DNA from: an uncultured Myxococcales bacterium
GTDB taxonomy: Bacteria; Myxococcota; UBA4151
Assembly: GCA_964013405.1 (NCBI GenBank)
Contig: CAXGWI010000104.1
Location: forward strand, 1-13,142
DNA: 13,142 nucleotides
Direction: 5' to 3'
In this document: in pieces, positions 1-12,292 of the stretch
Layout of the letters: every line of letters starts with the position of its first letter
Numbering within the stretch: the first letter of the stretch is position 1
Translations under genes and position numbers: made by a program
Notes under the pieces: generated by a model
Database searches by the model: none
What the model was told of the DNA's origin: nothing
Seen by the model: only the letters and a program-made list of their open reading frames with translations

Positions 1-53
1 GCGAGGGTGGTCGGACCATCGGCTCCGGTCGTGTGGCTGAGATTCTCGACTGA
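1..53 (+). CDS. tuf: Elongation factor Tu, C-terminal end (5'-truncated by the window)
   Basis: Frame from position 3 reads EGGRTIGSGRVAEILD* (TGA 51-53), matching the EF-Tu C-terminal motif REGGRTVGAGVV. It sits in the canonical position upstream of trnW-secE-nusG. Not in the ORF track. Confidence 0.93.
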   Translation, partial: EGGRTIGSGRVAEILD

Positions 54-73
54 TTTGAAGGTTTCGTTTGATT

Positions 74-99
74 TGCCGGGGTCCGAGAGGGCCCCGGCA
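74..99 (+). terminator. GC-rich hairpin after tuf (weak terminator or RNA processing/stability hairpin)
   Basis: TGCCGGGGTCC-GAGA-GGGCCCCGGCA: 11-bp stem (one G-U) with a GNRA tetraloop. The T-run (TTTT at 107-110) is short and displaced, so termination is uncertain. Confidence 0.5.
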
Positions 100-121
100 T
101 GATGCCTTTTCACGTGAGTTT

Positions 122-197
122 GGGTCAGTAGCACAATTGGTAGTGCAGCGGTCTCCAAAACCGCAGGTTGGGGGTTCGAGTCCTCCCTGGCCCGCCA
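122..197 (+). tRNA. trnW: tRNA-Trp (anticodon CCA)
   Basis: Full cloverleaf: acceptor GGGTCAG/CTGGCCC, D-arm GCAC/GTGC, anticodon arm GCGGT-CTCCAAA-ACCGC (CCA at 155-157), T-arm GGGGG-TTCGAGT-CCTCC, discriminator G, encoded CCA at 195-197. Confidence 0.98.
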
Positions 198-230
198 ACG
201 GGACGTGAGAGGCGTACGAGGAGAGAGAAA

Positions 231-650
231 ATGGCAGGTCCAACACCTGGATTAACCCGGCGCTATAGCACGGTCATCGGCCTGACGGGGCTGATTGGTG
301 CCCTGGTCGTGGCAGCTGTCTTCGACTTCGTGATCGCGGAGTTGTTGCTGACCTTCTCATCGCAGGCGGTCCCGAACCCGCCGGTGGTGCTTGGTTGGAA
401 GTTGAGTCGCGTGATCGCCGTCGGCCTGGCGATCGTCAGCCTTGTTCTCTACATGCGCCACCAGGCCTACAAGACCTACACAGCGGAAGTCGCTGACGAG
501 TTGGTGAAGTCTCACTGGCCTAGCCGGGAAGAGACACAGAGCGATTCGATCGTCGTGATTGTCGTCAGCTTTATTCTGGGCGGCATTCTGTTTGTCTTCG
601 ACATGGGAAGTCAGCAGTTCACCACCATCATCTACAACTTGGTTCCTTGA
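231..650 (+). CDS. secE: Preprotein translocase subunit SecE (long, about 3-TM type, 139 aa)
   Basis: ATG at 231 with GAGGAG at 218-223. Three hydrophobic segments, EL.K..WP motif (ELVKSHWPSREET) followed by the C-terminal TM. Located between trnW and nusG. The ORF-track start at 168 lies inside the tRNA. Confidence 0.92.
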   Translation: MAGPTPGLTRRYSTVIGLTGLIGALVVAAVFDFVIAELLLTFSSQAVPNPPVVLGWKLSRVIAVGLAIVSLVLYMRHQAYKTYTAEVADELVKSHWPSREETQSDSIVVIVVSFILGGILFVFDMGSQQFTTIIYNLVP

Positions 651-664
651 GGAGGGGTGACGTC

Positions 665-1252
665 ATGAGCAATGATCTGCGGTGGTACGTCCTCAATACC
701 TATAGTGGTTATGAACTTCAGGCTCGAAACTCGCTGCTCAAGCGCATCGAGAGCGATGATATGGGTGCGCACTTCGGTGAGCCAACAGAGGACAGCATCT
801 TGGTGCCCAGTGAGGACGTGGAGTCCATGGTGGGCGGCAAGGCGCGGGTGCGCAAGCGCAAATTCTTCCCGGGCTACATGTTGATTCAGATGCGCTGGTC
901 GCCGCAGGCGGCCACCTTTGTGCGGGCCATTCCCAAGGTGATTGGTTTCTTGGGAGCCTCCAAGAGTGATTTGGGGCGGGCCCCGCAGCCGATCAGTCAG
1001 CAAGAGGCCGATCGTCTGCTCGGGCAAATTACCGAGGGGACCGCGCTGCCCAGGCGCCGCCTGGAGATCAAGGCTGGAGACTCCATCAGTGTGATCGATG
1101 GGCCCTTTAAGAACTTCACGGGGGTCGTCGAAGAGGTCTACGAGGAGCGTGAACGCCTTCGGGTGAGCTTTGATATCCTGGGGCGCCCAACGCCGGTTGA
1201 ACTCGAGTTTGTCCAGGTGACGCTCGATTCCGGCGATGACGCCTCTTCTTGA
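665..1252 (+). CDS. nusG: Transcription termination/antitermination factor NusG (195 aa)
   Basis: ATG at 665 after GAGGAGGGG. NGN motifs WYVLNTYSGYE and KFFPGY, KOW motif GDSISVIDGPFKNFTGVV, C-terminal GRPTPVELEF. Confidence 0.97.
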   Translation: MSNDLRWYVLNTYSGYELQARNSLLKRIESDDMGAHFGEPTEDSILVPSEDVESMVGGKARVRKRKFFPGYMLIQMRWSPQAATFVRAIPKVIGFLGASKSDLGRAPQPISQQEADRLLGQITEGTALPRRRLEIKAGDSISVIDGPFKNFTGVVEEVYEERERLRVSFDILGRPTPVELEFVQVTLDSGDDASS

Positions 1253-1308
1253 CTTTTCTTCTGGCCTTCTCCAAAGAGCGCCGCCAACTTTGAGTGTAGG
1301 ACACGATC

Positions 1309-1734
1309 ATGGCTAAGAAAGTGACCGGTTACATCAAGCTGCAATGCCCTGCCGGTAAAGCGAACCCGGCACCCCCTGTCGGGCCGGCATTGGGACAGCA
1401 CGGTGTCAATATTATGCAGTTCTGCAAGGAGTTTAACGCTCGGACGCAGGAGCAGGCTGGCATGATCATTCCCGTGGTGATTACGGTCTACGGTGACCGT
1501 TCCTTTAGCTTTATTACGAAGACGCCACCGGCTGCAGTCCTTCTGAAGAAGGCTGCGCGTGTGAAGAAGGGTTCTGGTGAGCCCAATCGGAACAAGGTGG
1601 GCAAGGTGACCATGGCGCAGGTGCGGGAGATTGCAGAGACGAAGCTTCCGGATCTGAACACGACAGACGTCGATCAGGCCATGAACTCAGTGATGGGGAC
1701 CGCTCGTTCTATGGGGATTACGGTCGTCAATTAA
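1309..1734 (+). CDS. rplK: 50S ribosomal protein L11
   Basis: [32 protein letters not shown]...GTARSMG, 141 aa. Confidence 0.99.
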   Translation: MAKKVTGYIKLQCPAGKANPAPPVGPALGQHGVNIMQFCKEFNARTQEQAGMIIPVVITVYGDRSFSFITKTPPAAVLLKKAARVKKGSGEPNRNKVGKVTMAQVREIAETKLPDLNTTDVDQAMNSVMGTARSMGITVVN

Positions 1735-1750
1735 TCAGTCAAACATCGTT

Positions 1751-1783
1751 GTGGGAGCTACCGCTTGGCGGGGCGTTGACCAC
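1751..1783 (+). promoter_or_regulatory. Putative L1-binding autoregulatory RNA site in the rplK-rplA spacer
   Basis: GTGG-GA-GCT...CCGC-TTG-GCGG...GGC-GTTGA-CCAC forms two helices flanking an asymmetric internal loop (GGGAG...ACCAC pattern of L1 mRNA targets). It is directly followed by the rplA SD (GGGGAG 1784-1789). Confidence 0.7.
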
Positions 1784-1799
1784 GGGGAGTGATCATATC

Positions 1800-2504
1800 A
1801 TGGCAAGAGCCACTAAGAATACGGCGGCAGCCCGAGCTAAGGTTGACCGGACTCGAAACTATAGCCTCAAAGATGCGGTCGACTTGGTCAAGGATGCGTC
1901 CTTCGGTAAGTCGGATGAGAGTGTCGATTTAGCCGTTCGGCTGGGGGTGGATCCTCGTCATGCTGATCAGAACATTCGCGGCGCTGTGATTTTGCCCCAT
2001 GGCACCGGTAAGAGTGCCCGCGTTGTGGTCTTTGCGCGGGGTGAGAAGGCCATGGAGGCCGAGGCAGCCGGTGCCGACGTCGTCGGCGCTGAGGACCTGG
2101 TCGAAAAGATCCAGGGCGGTTGGATGGATTTCGACAAGACGGTTGCGACACCGGACATGATGGCCCTCGTCGGGCGTATCGGTCGAGTCTTGGGCCCCCG
2201 GGGCATGATGCCTAACCCGAAGTTGGGCACGGTGACCATGGACGTGGGTCAGGCCGTTGGCGACCTCAAGGGTGGTAAGGTGGAATACCGGGTCGAGAAG
2301 GCCGGGATTGTCCATGTGCCCGTTGGTCGGGTGAGCTTTGACGCCGAAAAGCTTATGGAAAATGCCCAGGTGATTCTTGGTAATCTTCTGCGGGCCAAGC
2401 CGGCCAGCCAAAAGGGTGTGTATGTGAAGCGGATTTCGATCTCTTCCACCCAGGGGCCTGGCATTACGGTGGATCCGCAGGAAATGCTTTCGCTGAGTAA
2501 CTGA
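1800..2504 (+). CDS. rplA: 50S ribosomal protein L1 (234 aa)
   Basis: ATG at 1800 after GGGGAG. Motifs [39 protein letters not shown]. Confidence 0.98.
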   Translation: MARATKNTAAARAKVDRTRNYSLKDAVDLVKDASFGKSDESVDLAVRLGVDPRHADQNIRGAVILPHGTGKSARVVVFARGEKAMEAEAAGADVVGAEDLVEKIQGGWMDFDKTVATPDMMALVGRIGRVLGPRGMMPNPKLGTVTMDVGQAVGDLKGGKVEYRVEKAGIVHVPVGRVSFDAEKLMENAQVILGNLLRAKPASQKGVYVKRISISSTQGPGITVDPQEMLSLSN

Positions 2505-2532
2505 TTTGTGTGTTGACCGGCCCCATGGGGGG

Positions 2533-2614
2533 GTCGGTGAGGTGGTCGAAGAAAACAGGTCCTCACTCGAGGTTAAGTCCGAAAGCCGGAGCCCGTCGAG
2601 AACTCGTCACCGAT
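2533..2614 (+). promoter_or_regulatory. L10 leader (rplJL autoregulatory RNA)
   Basis: Outer helix TCGGTGA(2534-2540)/TCACCGA(2607-2613), GAAGA...CGAGA kink-turn-like strands, ACAGG/CCCGT helix, CCTC-ACTC-GAGG hairpin and a TTAA motif. This is the typical L10-leader layout, directly upstream of rplJ. Confidence 0.72.
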
Positions 2615-2653
2615 GAACCCTAGAACCCGTAAGGGACAAGAGAAAGGAGCCGT

Positions 2654-3184
2654 ATGGAACGCCAGGTTAAAGCCGCACTCGTCGAAGACCTGAAGGCCTC
2701 CGTTAGCGCATCCGCTTCCTTGGTGCTTGTGGACTTCAATGGTCTGACCGTTGAGAAGTCCGTCGAACTTCGAAACAAGTGCCGTGAATCCCAGGTCCGG
2801 TTTAAGGTCATCAAAAATACCCTGGTGAAAAAGGTCGTTGAAGGCACGGATCACCAGGTTGTTGAGCCCCTGCTTAGGGGGATGACCGCACTGGCTTGGA
2901 GTGAAGAGGATGCTGTCTCTCCTGCGAAAGTCATCGCTGACTTCGCGGCGGAGAACGAAGACCTTCTGGCCGTCAAGGGTGGTGCGCTTCAGGGGAATGC
3001 CCTGAGTGCTGATGAGGTGAAGGCGCTTGCGAAGTTGCCGAGCCTGCCTGAACTCCGCGCGCAGATTCTTGGACTGATTAACGCTCCCGCGAGCCAGCTG
3101 CTCGGCACGATCAACGCGCCAGCCCAGCAGGTGCTCGGGACGATTCAGGCCTGGATCGACAAGCGCAATGATGAGGCCGCTTAA
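2654..3184 (+). CDS. rplJ: 50S ribosomal protein L10
   Basis: SD AAAGGAG. Motifs DFNGLTV, LR, KVIKNTL, KGG, LAKLPS. 176 aa. Confidence 0.97.
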   Translation: MERQVKAALVEDLKASVSASASLVLVDFNGLTVEKSVELRNKCRESQVRFKVIKNTLVKKVVEGTDHQVVEPLLRGMTALAWSEEDAVSPAKVIADFAAENEDLLAVKGGALQGNALSADEVKALAKLPSLPELRAQILGLINAPASQLLGTINAPAQQVLGTIQAWIDKRNDEAA

Positions 3185-3246
3185 GGTCTCGTGAACGAAC
3201 GAAAGAACTAAGAATCGCTTCGTGAGAAGCAAGAAGGATGAAGAAA

Positions 3247-3630
3247 ATGGCTGAACTCGCCAAGATTATCGATGAACTTTCCAACCTGACCGTCCTTGAG
3301 GCCGCCGAGCTGGTGAAGGAGCTTGAGGACAAGTGGGGCGTCAAGGCCGCCGCTGGTGGTCCCGTGATGGTCGCCGCCGCTGGTGGTGGTGATGCCGCCG
3401 CTGCCAATGCCGACGAGCAGACCGAGTTTGACGTGATCCTCCAGAGCGCTGGCGCTCAGAAGATCGCCGTCATCAAGGCTGTCAAGGAAGCCTGCGGGCT
3501 GGGCCTGAAAGAGGCCAAGGCTGTGGTTGATGGCGCCCCCGGTGCGGTCAAAGAGCAGGTCTCCAAGGAGGAGGCTGAGGCGCTCAAGGCGAAGCTTGAA
3601 GAAGCTGGCGCCGAGGTTGAGTTGAAGTAG
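3247..3630 (+). CDS. rplL: 50S ribosomal protein L7/L12 (127 aa)
   Basis: ATG at 3247 is preferred over 3238 because AAGGA at 3234-3238 gives suitable spacing. Motifs [19 protein letters not shown], Ala/Gly hinge, [26 protein letters not shown]. Confidence 0.98.
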   Translation: MAELAKIIDELSNLTVLEAAELVKELEDKWGVKAAAGGPVMVAAAGGGDAAAANADEQTEFDVILQSAGAQKIAVIKAVKEACGLGLKEAKAVVDGAPGAVKEQVSKEEAEALKAKLEEAGAEVELK

Positions 3631-3657
3631 GAACGAGTGCTTTTCAGCGCTCTTGGT

Positions 3658-3726
3658 CGCCCGCCCCGTGCAGACGGGGCGGTGCGCTCAACCCTCTGGT
3701 CCCTGCGGGGGCCTGAGGTTGTTTTT
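3658..3726 (+). terminator. Tandem hairpins with T-tract between rplL and rpoB (attenuator-like)
   Basis: CCGCCCCGT-GCAG-ACGGGGCGG (3661-3682), then CCTC-T-GGTCCC-TGCG-GGGGCC-T-GAGG (3693-3718) followed by TTGTTTTT. Same position as the rplL-rpoB attenuator of E. coli. Confidence 0.6.
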
Positions 3727-3754
3727 GTGAACCTGAATCGCTCGGAGCCCGCCG

Positions 3755-6700
3755 ATGGCTAAGCTCACTCAGCCGAATACGCGTTTACGCAAAAGTTTCG
3801 GCCAATTGCCTGTCGGGATTGATATCCCGAATCTTATCGAAATTCAGATGCGGAGTTTCCGTAACTTTCTCCAGGCCAAGGTGGACCCAGAGGAACGTAC
3901 GGAAGTCGGCATCCAGGGTGCCTTTGGGCGCGTTTTTCCCATCTTCGACTACAACGACACCGCGGAACTTCGGTTCAAGCAGTACGACTTGGAGCGGCCG
4001 AAGTACGACGAGGAAGAATGCCGCGCCCGTGGTCTCACCTTCGCAGCACCCATCACGGTGACCGTGGAGTTGATCACCTATGAGGTCGACGGTGAAACGG
4101 GAACGAAGACCTTCCTGAACCTGATCGAGCAACCGGTGTACTTCGGTGAGATTCCGATCATGACCGATGCTGGTACCTTCATCATCAACGGCACCGAGCG
4201 TGTCGTGGTGAGCCAGTTGCACCGGAGCCCGGGCGCCTTCTTCGAGTACGACAAGAGCCGCTCGGTGTCGGGCTCGAAGAAGCTCTTCACCGCCCGGATC
4301 ATTCCTTATCAGGGCTCCTGGCTCGACTTCGAGTTTGACGCCAAGGATCTGATCCATGTGCGCATCGACCGTCGCCGCAAGATCCCAGCGACGATTTTGT
4401 TGCGGGCCTTGGGTTACGACGAAGAGTTTCTGCTGAACTACTATTACGAGAAGCAGACCCTGCACCTGACCAAGAAGACGGCAAAGCTCGCATTCGATCC
4501 GGCCACCATGCTGGGCAAGCGGGCCGTCGATGAGCTGTCTGATGGGAACGGGAAGCAGATCGTTGCCCGGAACCGTGTGATCGGAAAGGGGCACCTCAAG
4601 CGTTTGGGGTGGACTCAAGAAGAGGACGGGACCTGGAAGGCAGCGAAGGGCGCTTTGAAGTTTACCCAGCTGTCGGAAGAGGACTTGGCCACCAAAGTCA
4701 TCGCTGAAGATGTGATCGACGGGAAAACCGGCGAGGTTCTGGCGAGATGCAACGATGAGTTGGATCCGGAGTTGGTGGAGAACCTGGTGGCTGCCGGCGT
4801 GAAGTCGCTGCAAGTGTTGCTGATCGATAAGCTCAACATGTGGGGCTATCTGCGTGACACCCTCGACAAGGACGCGATGAGTGAGGTGCCCGAGGGCGAA
4901 GAGGACGCTGAGGTGCTCAGTAGCGCCGAGCGAGCGCTGCACTTCATCTACACCAAGATGCGTCCGGGCGACCCGCCCACGACAGAAGCGGCAACCGCCC
5001 TGTTCAATCGCCTCTTCTTCGACCGGGAGCGGTACAATCTCAGTCGTGTCGGTCGCCACAAGTTGAATCGCAAGTTCAACCTGGATGAGCCCGATGACAA
5101 CATGGTGCTGACCCGTCGGGACATTCTTGAGACGGTCAAGTACCTGATCGAAGTCCGGCACAATCGTCGCCATATCGACGATATCGATCACCTCGGCAAC
5201 CGGCGTATCCGAAGCGTGGGTGAGCTGCTTGAGAACCAGTATCGCTTAGGCCTCGTTCGCATGGAGCGAGCCATCCGAGAGCGGATGAGTCTGCAGGATA
5301 TCGACTCGCTGAATCCCGCTGAGTTGGTCAATCCCAAGCCTGTCAACGCGGCCATCAAGGAGTTCTTCGGTAGCTCCCAGTTGAGCCAGTTCATGGACCA
5401 GACCAATCCCCTGTCCGAGGTCACGCATATGCGTCGCCTCAGCGCACTAGGGCCGGGTGGTTTGACCCGGGAGCGGGCTGGCTTCGAGGTCCGAGATGTG
5501 CACCCGACTCACTATGGTCGGATTTGCCCCATCGAGACGCCGGAAGGTCCGAACATCGGGTTGATCGCGTCGCTCGCTACCTTTGCTCGGGTGAACGAGT
5601 TGGGCTTCATCGAGACGCCCTATCAGAAGGTGGAGAACGCCACGCCGATCGACGGCGCCATCGATTACTATTCGGCCCTGGATGAGGAAGATCACTTCAT
5701 CGCAGAAGCGGCCGAGCCCATGGATGCCAAGGGTCGTTTCACCAGCGAGTACGTTCAGGCTCGTTCCTCGGGTGAGATCGTGTTGGTGAACCGGGATCAG
5801 ATCACGTTGCGTGATGTGGCGCCCAACCAGCTGGTGTCTGTGGCTGCGAGTTTGATTCCATTCCTCGAGCACGACGATGCGAACCGAGCCTTGATGGGCT
5901 CGAACATGCAGCGTCAGGCTGTGCCGCTGCTTCGACCCGACGCACCCTTCGTGGGTACGGGCATCGAGGGCAAAGTGGCCCGCGATTCGGGGGTGACGAT
6001 TACCGCCCGCCGCAATGGTACGGTGGAGAGCGTCGAAGGTGGCCGAGTGGTCGTCAGTGTCGATGAGGATGCCGAGGACCTGTTCTCTAACCCCGTCGAC
6101 ATCTACAACTTGGTGAAGTTCACCCGCTCCAACCAGAACACCTGCTTGAGTCAGCGCCCTGTCGTTCGACCTGGCGACCGGGTGGATGCTGGGGACATCA
6201 TCGCTGACGGTGCATCGACGGATCGGGGCGAGCTCGCTTTGGGTCGTAACTGCACCGTGGCCTTCATGCCCTGGCACGGTTACAACTTCGAGGACTCCAT
6301 CCTCGTCAGTGAGCGCCTGGTACGTGAGGATGCTTTCACATCGCTGCATATCGAAGAGTTCGAGTGTGTGGCCCGGGACACGAAGCTGGGGCCTGAAGAG
6401 ATCACTCGGGACATTCCGAATGTGGGTGAAGAAGCCTTAAGTCATCTCGATGACTCGGGAATCGTCCGCCTTGGTGCTGAGGTTCGCCCCGGCGATATTC
6501 TGGTCGGTAAGTCGACGCCAAAGGGTGAGACGCAGTTGAGCCCAGAAGAGAAGTTGCTGCGGGCCATCTTCGGTCACAAGGCCGGTGATGTTCGTGACAC
6601 CTCCTTGCGAGTGCCTCCGGGCCAATACGGCACGATTATCGGCTGCAAGGTGTTCAGTCGCCGCGGCATCGATAAGGACGAGAGGGCTCGGGCCATCGAG

Positions 6701-7957
6701 GAGATGGAAGTCATCCACCTGCGCAAGGATGCAGATGATGAGATCCGCTTCCTGAACGAGACGGTAGCGACCCGCCTTCGGCTCATTTACAAAGGCAAGA
6801 CCTTGGCTGCGAGCCTTCGGGGTAACGACCGGAAGGTCGCGGCTAAGAAGGGTGAGAAGCTGACCGCCGCATTGCTGGCTGACTTAGATGTTCGTGCCCT
6901 GCAGTTGATCGATGTGGCCGATGAGACCTTGCAGGGGCAAGCATCGGAGTTGCTCAGCAACTTGGAAGCACGGGTTGAAGAGATCCGCGATCGTGTGGAG
7001 TCTCGAATTGATCGCCTGACCCAGGGTGAGGAACTGACCCCTGGTGTCATCAAGATGGTGAAGGTGTATGTGGCTGTGAAGCGCCGCCTTTCCGTTGGCG
7101 ACAAGATGGCCGGCCGTCACGGCAACAAGGGCGTCATCTCTCGTATCTTACCGGAAGAGGATATGCCCTACCTCGAAGACGGCAACACCGTTGAAGTGGT
7201 CCTGAACCCCTTAGGTGTGCCTTCTCGTATGAACGTGGGCCAGATCCTTGAGGTGCATCTCGGCTGGGGTGCCAAGGGCTTTGGTGAGAAGCTGGACCGG
7301 ATGCTCCGTCGAGGCGACAAGCCAGGGGCCATCAAAAAGGTCCTGCTTGAAGCCTACACGGGCGCTGATGAGAAGGCGCAAATCGAGGCTCTCGCCGATG
7401 ATGAAGTCCTTGCAGTCGCTGACAAGGAGCGGCGCGGCCTTCACGTGGCGACGCCGGTGTTTGATGGTGCCCATGAGGACCGGATTCGGGATCTCCTCGA
7501 AGCCGGGGATCGCCGGCGTACGGGTCAGCAGCCAGTCTTTGATGGCCGCACCGGCGACGCCTTCGACCAAGACGTCACCGTCGGTATCATGTACATGCTC
7601 AAGCTGCACCACTTGGTGGACGAGAAGATTCACGCCCGGTCGATCGGACCTTACTCTCTCGTGACGCAGCAACCCCTGGGCGGCAAAGCCCAGTTCGGTG
7701 GCCAGCGTCTCGGTGAGATGGAGGTCTGGGCAATGCAGGGCTATGGTGCTGCCTTCAGTCTGCAGGAGTTCCTGACGGTGAAGTCCGACGACGTTCAAGG
7801 ACGTACTCGGATGTACGAAGCCATCGTCAAGGGCGAGCACGTGCTTGAAGCTGGCATCCCCGAATCGTTCAACGTGCTGATGAAAGAACTCCAGGCCCTG
7901 TGCTTGGATGTGGAGATGCTCTCCGATCGCACGCTGGATGAGTTGGAAGCCCTGTAG
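3755..7957 (+). CDS. rpoB: DNA-directed RNA polymerase subunit beta (1400 aa)
   Basis: SD GGAG 3744-3747. Motifs [73 protein letters not shown]. Confidence 0.99.
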   Translation: MAKLTQPNTRLRKSFGQLPVGIDIPNLIEIQMRSFRNFLQAKVDPEERTEVGIQGAFGRVFPIFDYNDTAELRFKQYDLERPKYDEEECRARGLTFAAPITVTVELITYEVDGETGTKTFLNLIEQPVYFGEIPIMTDAGTFIINGTERVVVSQLHRSPGAFFEYDKSRSVSGSKKLFTARIIPYQGSWLDFEFDAKDLIHVRIDRRRKIPATILLRALGYDEEFLLNYYYEKQTLHLTKKTAKLAFDPATMLGKRAVDELSDGNGKQIVARNRVIGKGHLKRLGWTQEEDGTWKAAKGALKFTQLSEEDLATKVIAEDVIDGKTGEVLARCNDELDPELVENLVAAGVKSLQVLLIDKLNMWGYLRDTLDKDAMSEVPEGEEDAEVLSSAERALHFIYTKMRPGDPPTTEAATALFNRLFFDRERYNLSRVGRHKLNRKFNLDEPDDNMVLTRRDILETVKYLIEVRHNRRHIDDIDHLGNRRIRSVGELLENQYRLGLVRMERAIRERMSLQDIDSLNPAELVNPKPVNAAIKEFFGSSQLSQFMDQTNPLSEVTHMRRLSALGPGGLTRERAGFEVRDVHPTHYGRICPIETPEGPNIGLIASLATFARVNELGFIETPYQKVENATPIDGAIDYYSALDEEDHFIAEAAEPMDAKGRFTSEYVQARSSGEIVLVNRDQITLRDVAPNQLVSVAASLIPFLEHDDANRALMGSNMQRQAVPLLRPDAPFVGTGIEGKVARDSGVTITARRNGTVESVEGGRVVVSVDEDAEDLFSNPVDIYNLVKFTRSNQNTCLSQRPVVRPGDRVDAGDIIADGASTDRGELALGRNCTVAFMPWHGYNFEDSILVSERLVREDAFTSLHIEEFECVARDTKLGPEEITRDIPNVGEEALSHLDDSGIVRLGAEVRPGDILVGKSTPKGETQLSPEEKLLRAIFGHKAGDVRDTSLRVPPGQYGTIIGCKVFSRRGIDKDERARAIEEMEVIHLRKDADDEIRFLNETVATRLRLIYKGKTLAASLRGNDRKVAAKKGEKLTAALLADLDVRALQLIDVADETLQGQASELLSNLEARVEEIRDRVESRIDRLTQGEELTPGVIKMVKVYVAVKRRLSVGDKMAGRHGNKGVISRILPEEDMPYLEDGNTVEVVLNPLGVPSRMNVGQILEVHLGWGAKGFGEKLDRMLRRGDKPGAIKKVLLEAYTGADEKAQIEALADDEVLAVADKERRGLHVATPVFDGAHEDRIRDLLEAGDRRRTGQQPVFDGRTGDAFDQDVTVGIMYMLKLHHLVDEKIHARSIGPYSLVTQQPLGGKAQFGGQRLGEMEVWAMQGYGAAFSLQEFLTVKSDDVQGRTRMYEAIVKGEHVLEAGIPESFNVLMKELQALCLDVEMLSDRTLDELEAL

Positions 7958-8014
7958 CGAGTTGATGAAACGAGAACGAGTTAGAACCCCTAACCCCGAA
8001 CGGGGAGGTAGAAC

Positions 8015-12178
<4,164 letters not shown>

Positions 12179-12194
12179 AGGGCTCGGTAATGTG

Positions 12195-12231
12195 GGAATA
12201 GGGGGCGAATCTCGCCCCTTATTTCTTTTTT
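12195..12231 (+). terminator. Rho-independent terminator of the rpoBC operon
   Basis: GGAATAGGGGGCGA-ATC-TCGCCCCTTATTTC stem (14 bp including 2 G-U) followed by TTTTTT, starting 16 nt after the rpoC stop. Confidence 0.88.
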
Positions 12232-12245
12232 GGGTAAGCGGATTC

Positions 12246-12274
12246 TTGCCACTAGGGCCCTCCAACTCTACCCT
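12246..12274 (+). promoter_or_regulatory. Putative sigma70-type promoter for the downstream gene
   Basis: -35 TTGCCA (12246-12251), exactly 17-nt spacer, -10 TACCCT (12269-12274, TAnnnT). Lies just after the terminator and just before SD AAGGAG (12282-12287). Confidence 0.55.
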
Positions 12275-12292
12275 TTGGCGCAAGGAGCGCGG

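Noticed and set aside
168..230. ORF-track N-terminal extension of secE (also the extensions of nusG from 647, rplA from 1749 and rplL from 3238)
   Set aside because: These overlap the tRNA, upstream stop codons or regulatory RNA. The downstream ATGs have proper SD spacing and canonical N-termini.
122..230. tRNA-Trp as an integration site for a mobile element
   Set aside because: secE follows 33 nt later. There is no integrase and no duplicated tRNA 3' end in the window.
1249..1280. TTGACT as a possible -35 for an rplK promoter
   Set aside because: There is no TAnnnT-like -10 at 16-18 nt spacing.
3346..3387. 15-bp direct repeat GCCGCCGCTGGTGGT in rplL
   Set aside because: It encodes the ordinary low-complexity Ala/Gly hinge of L7/L12.
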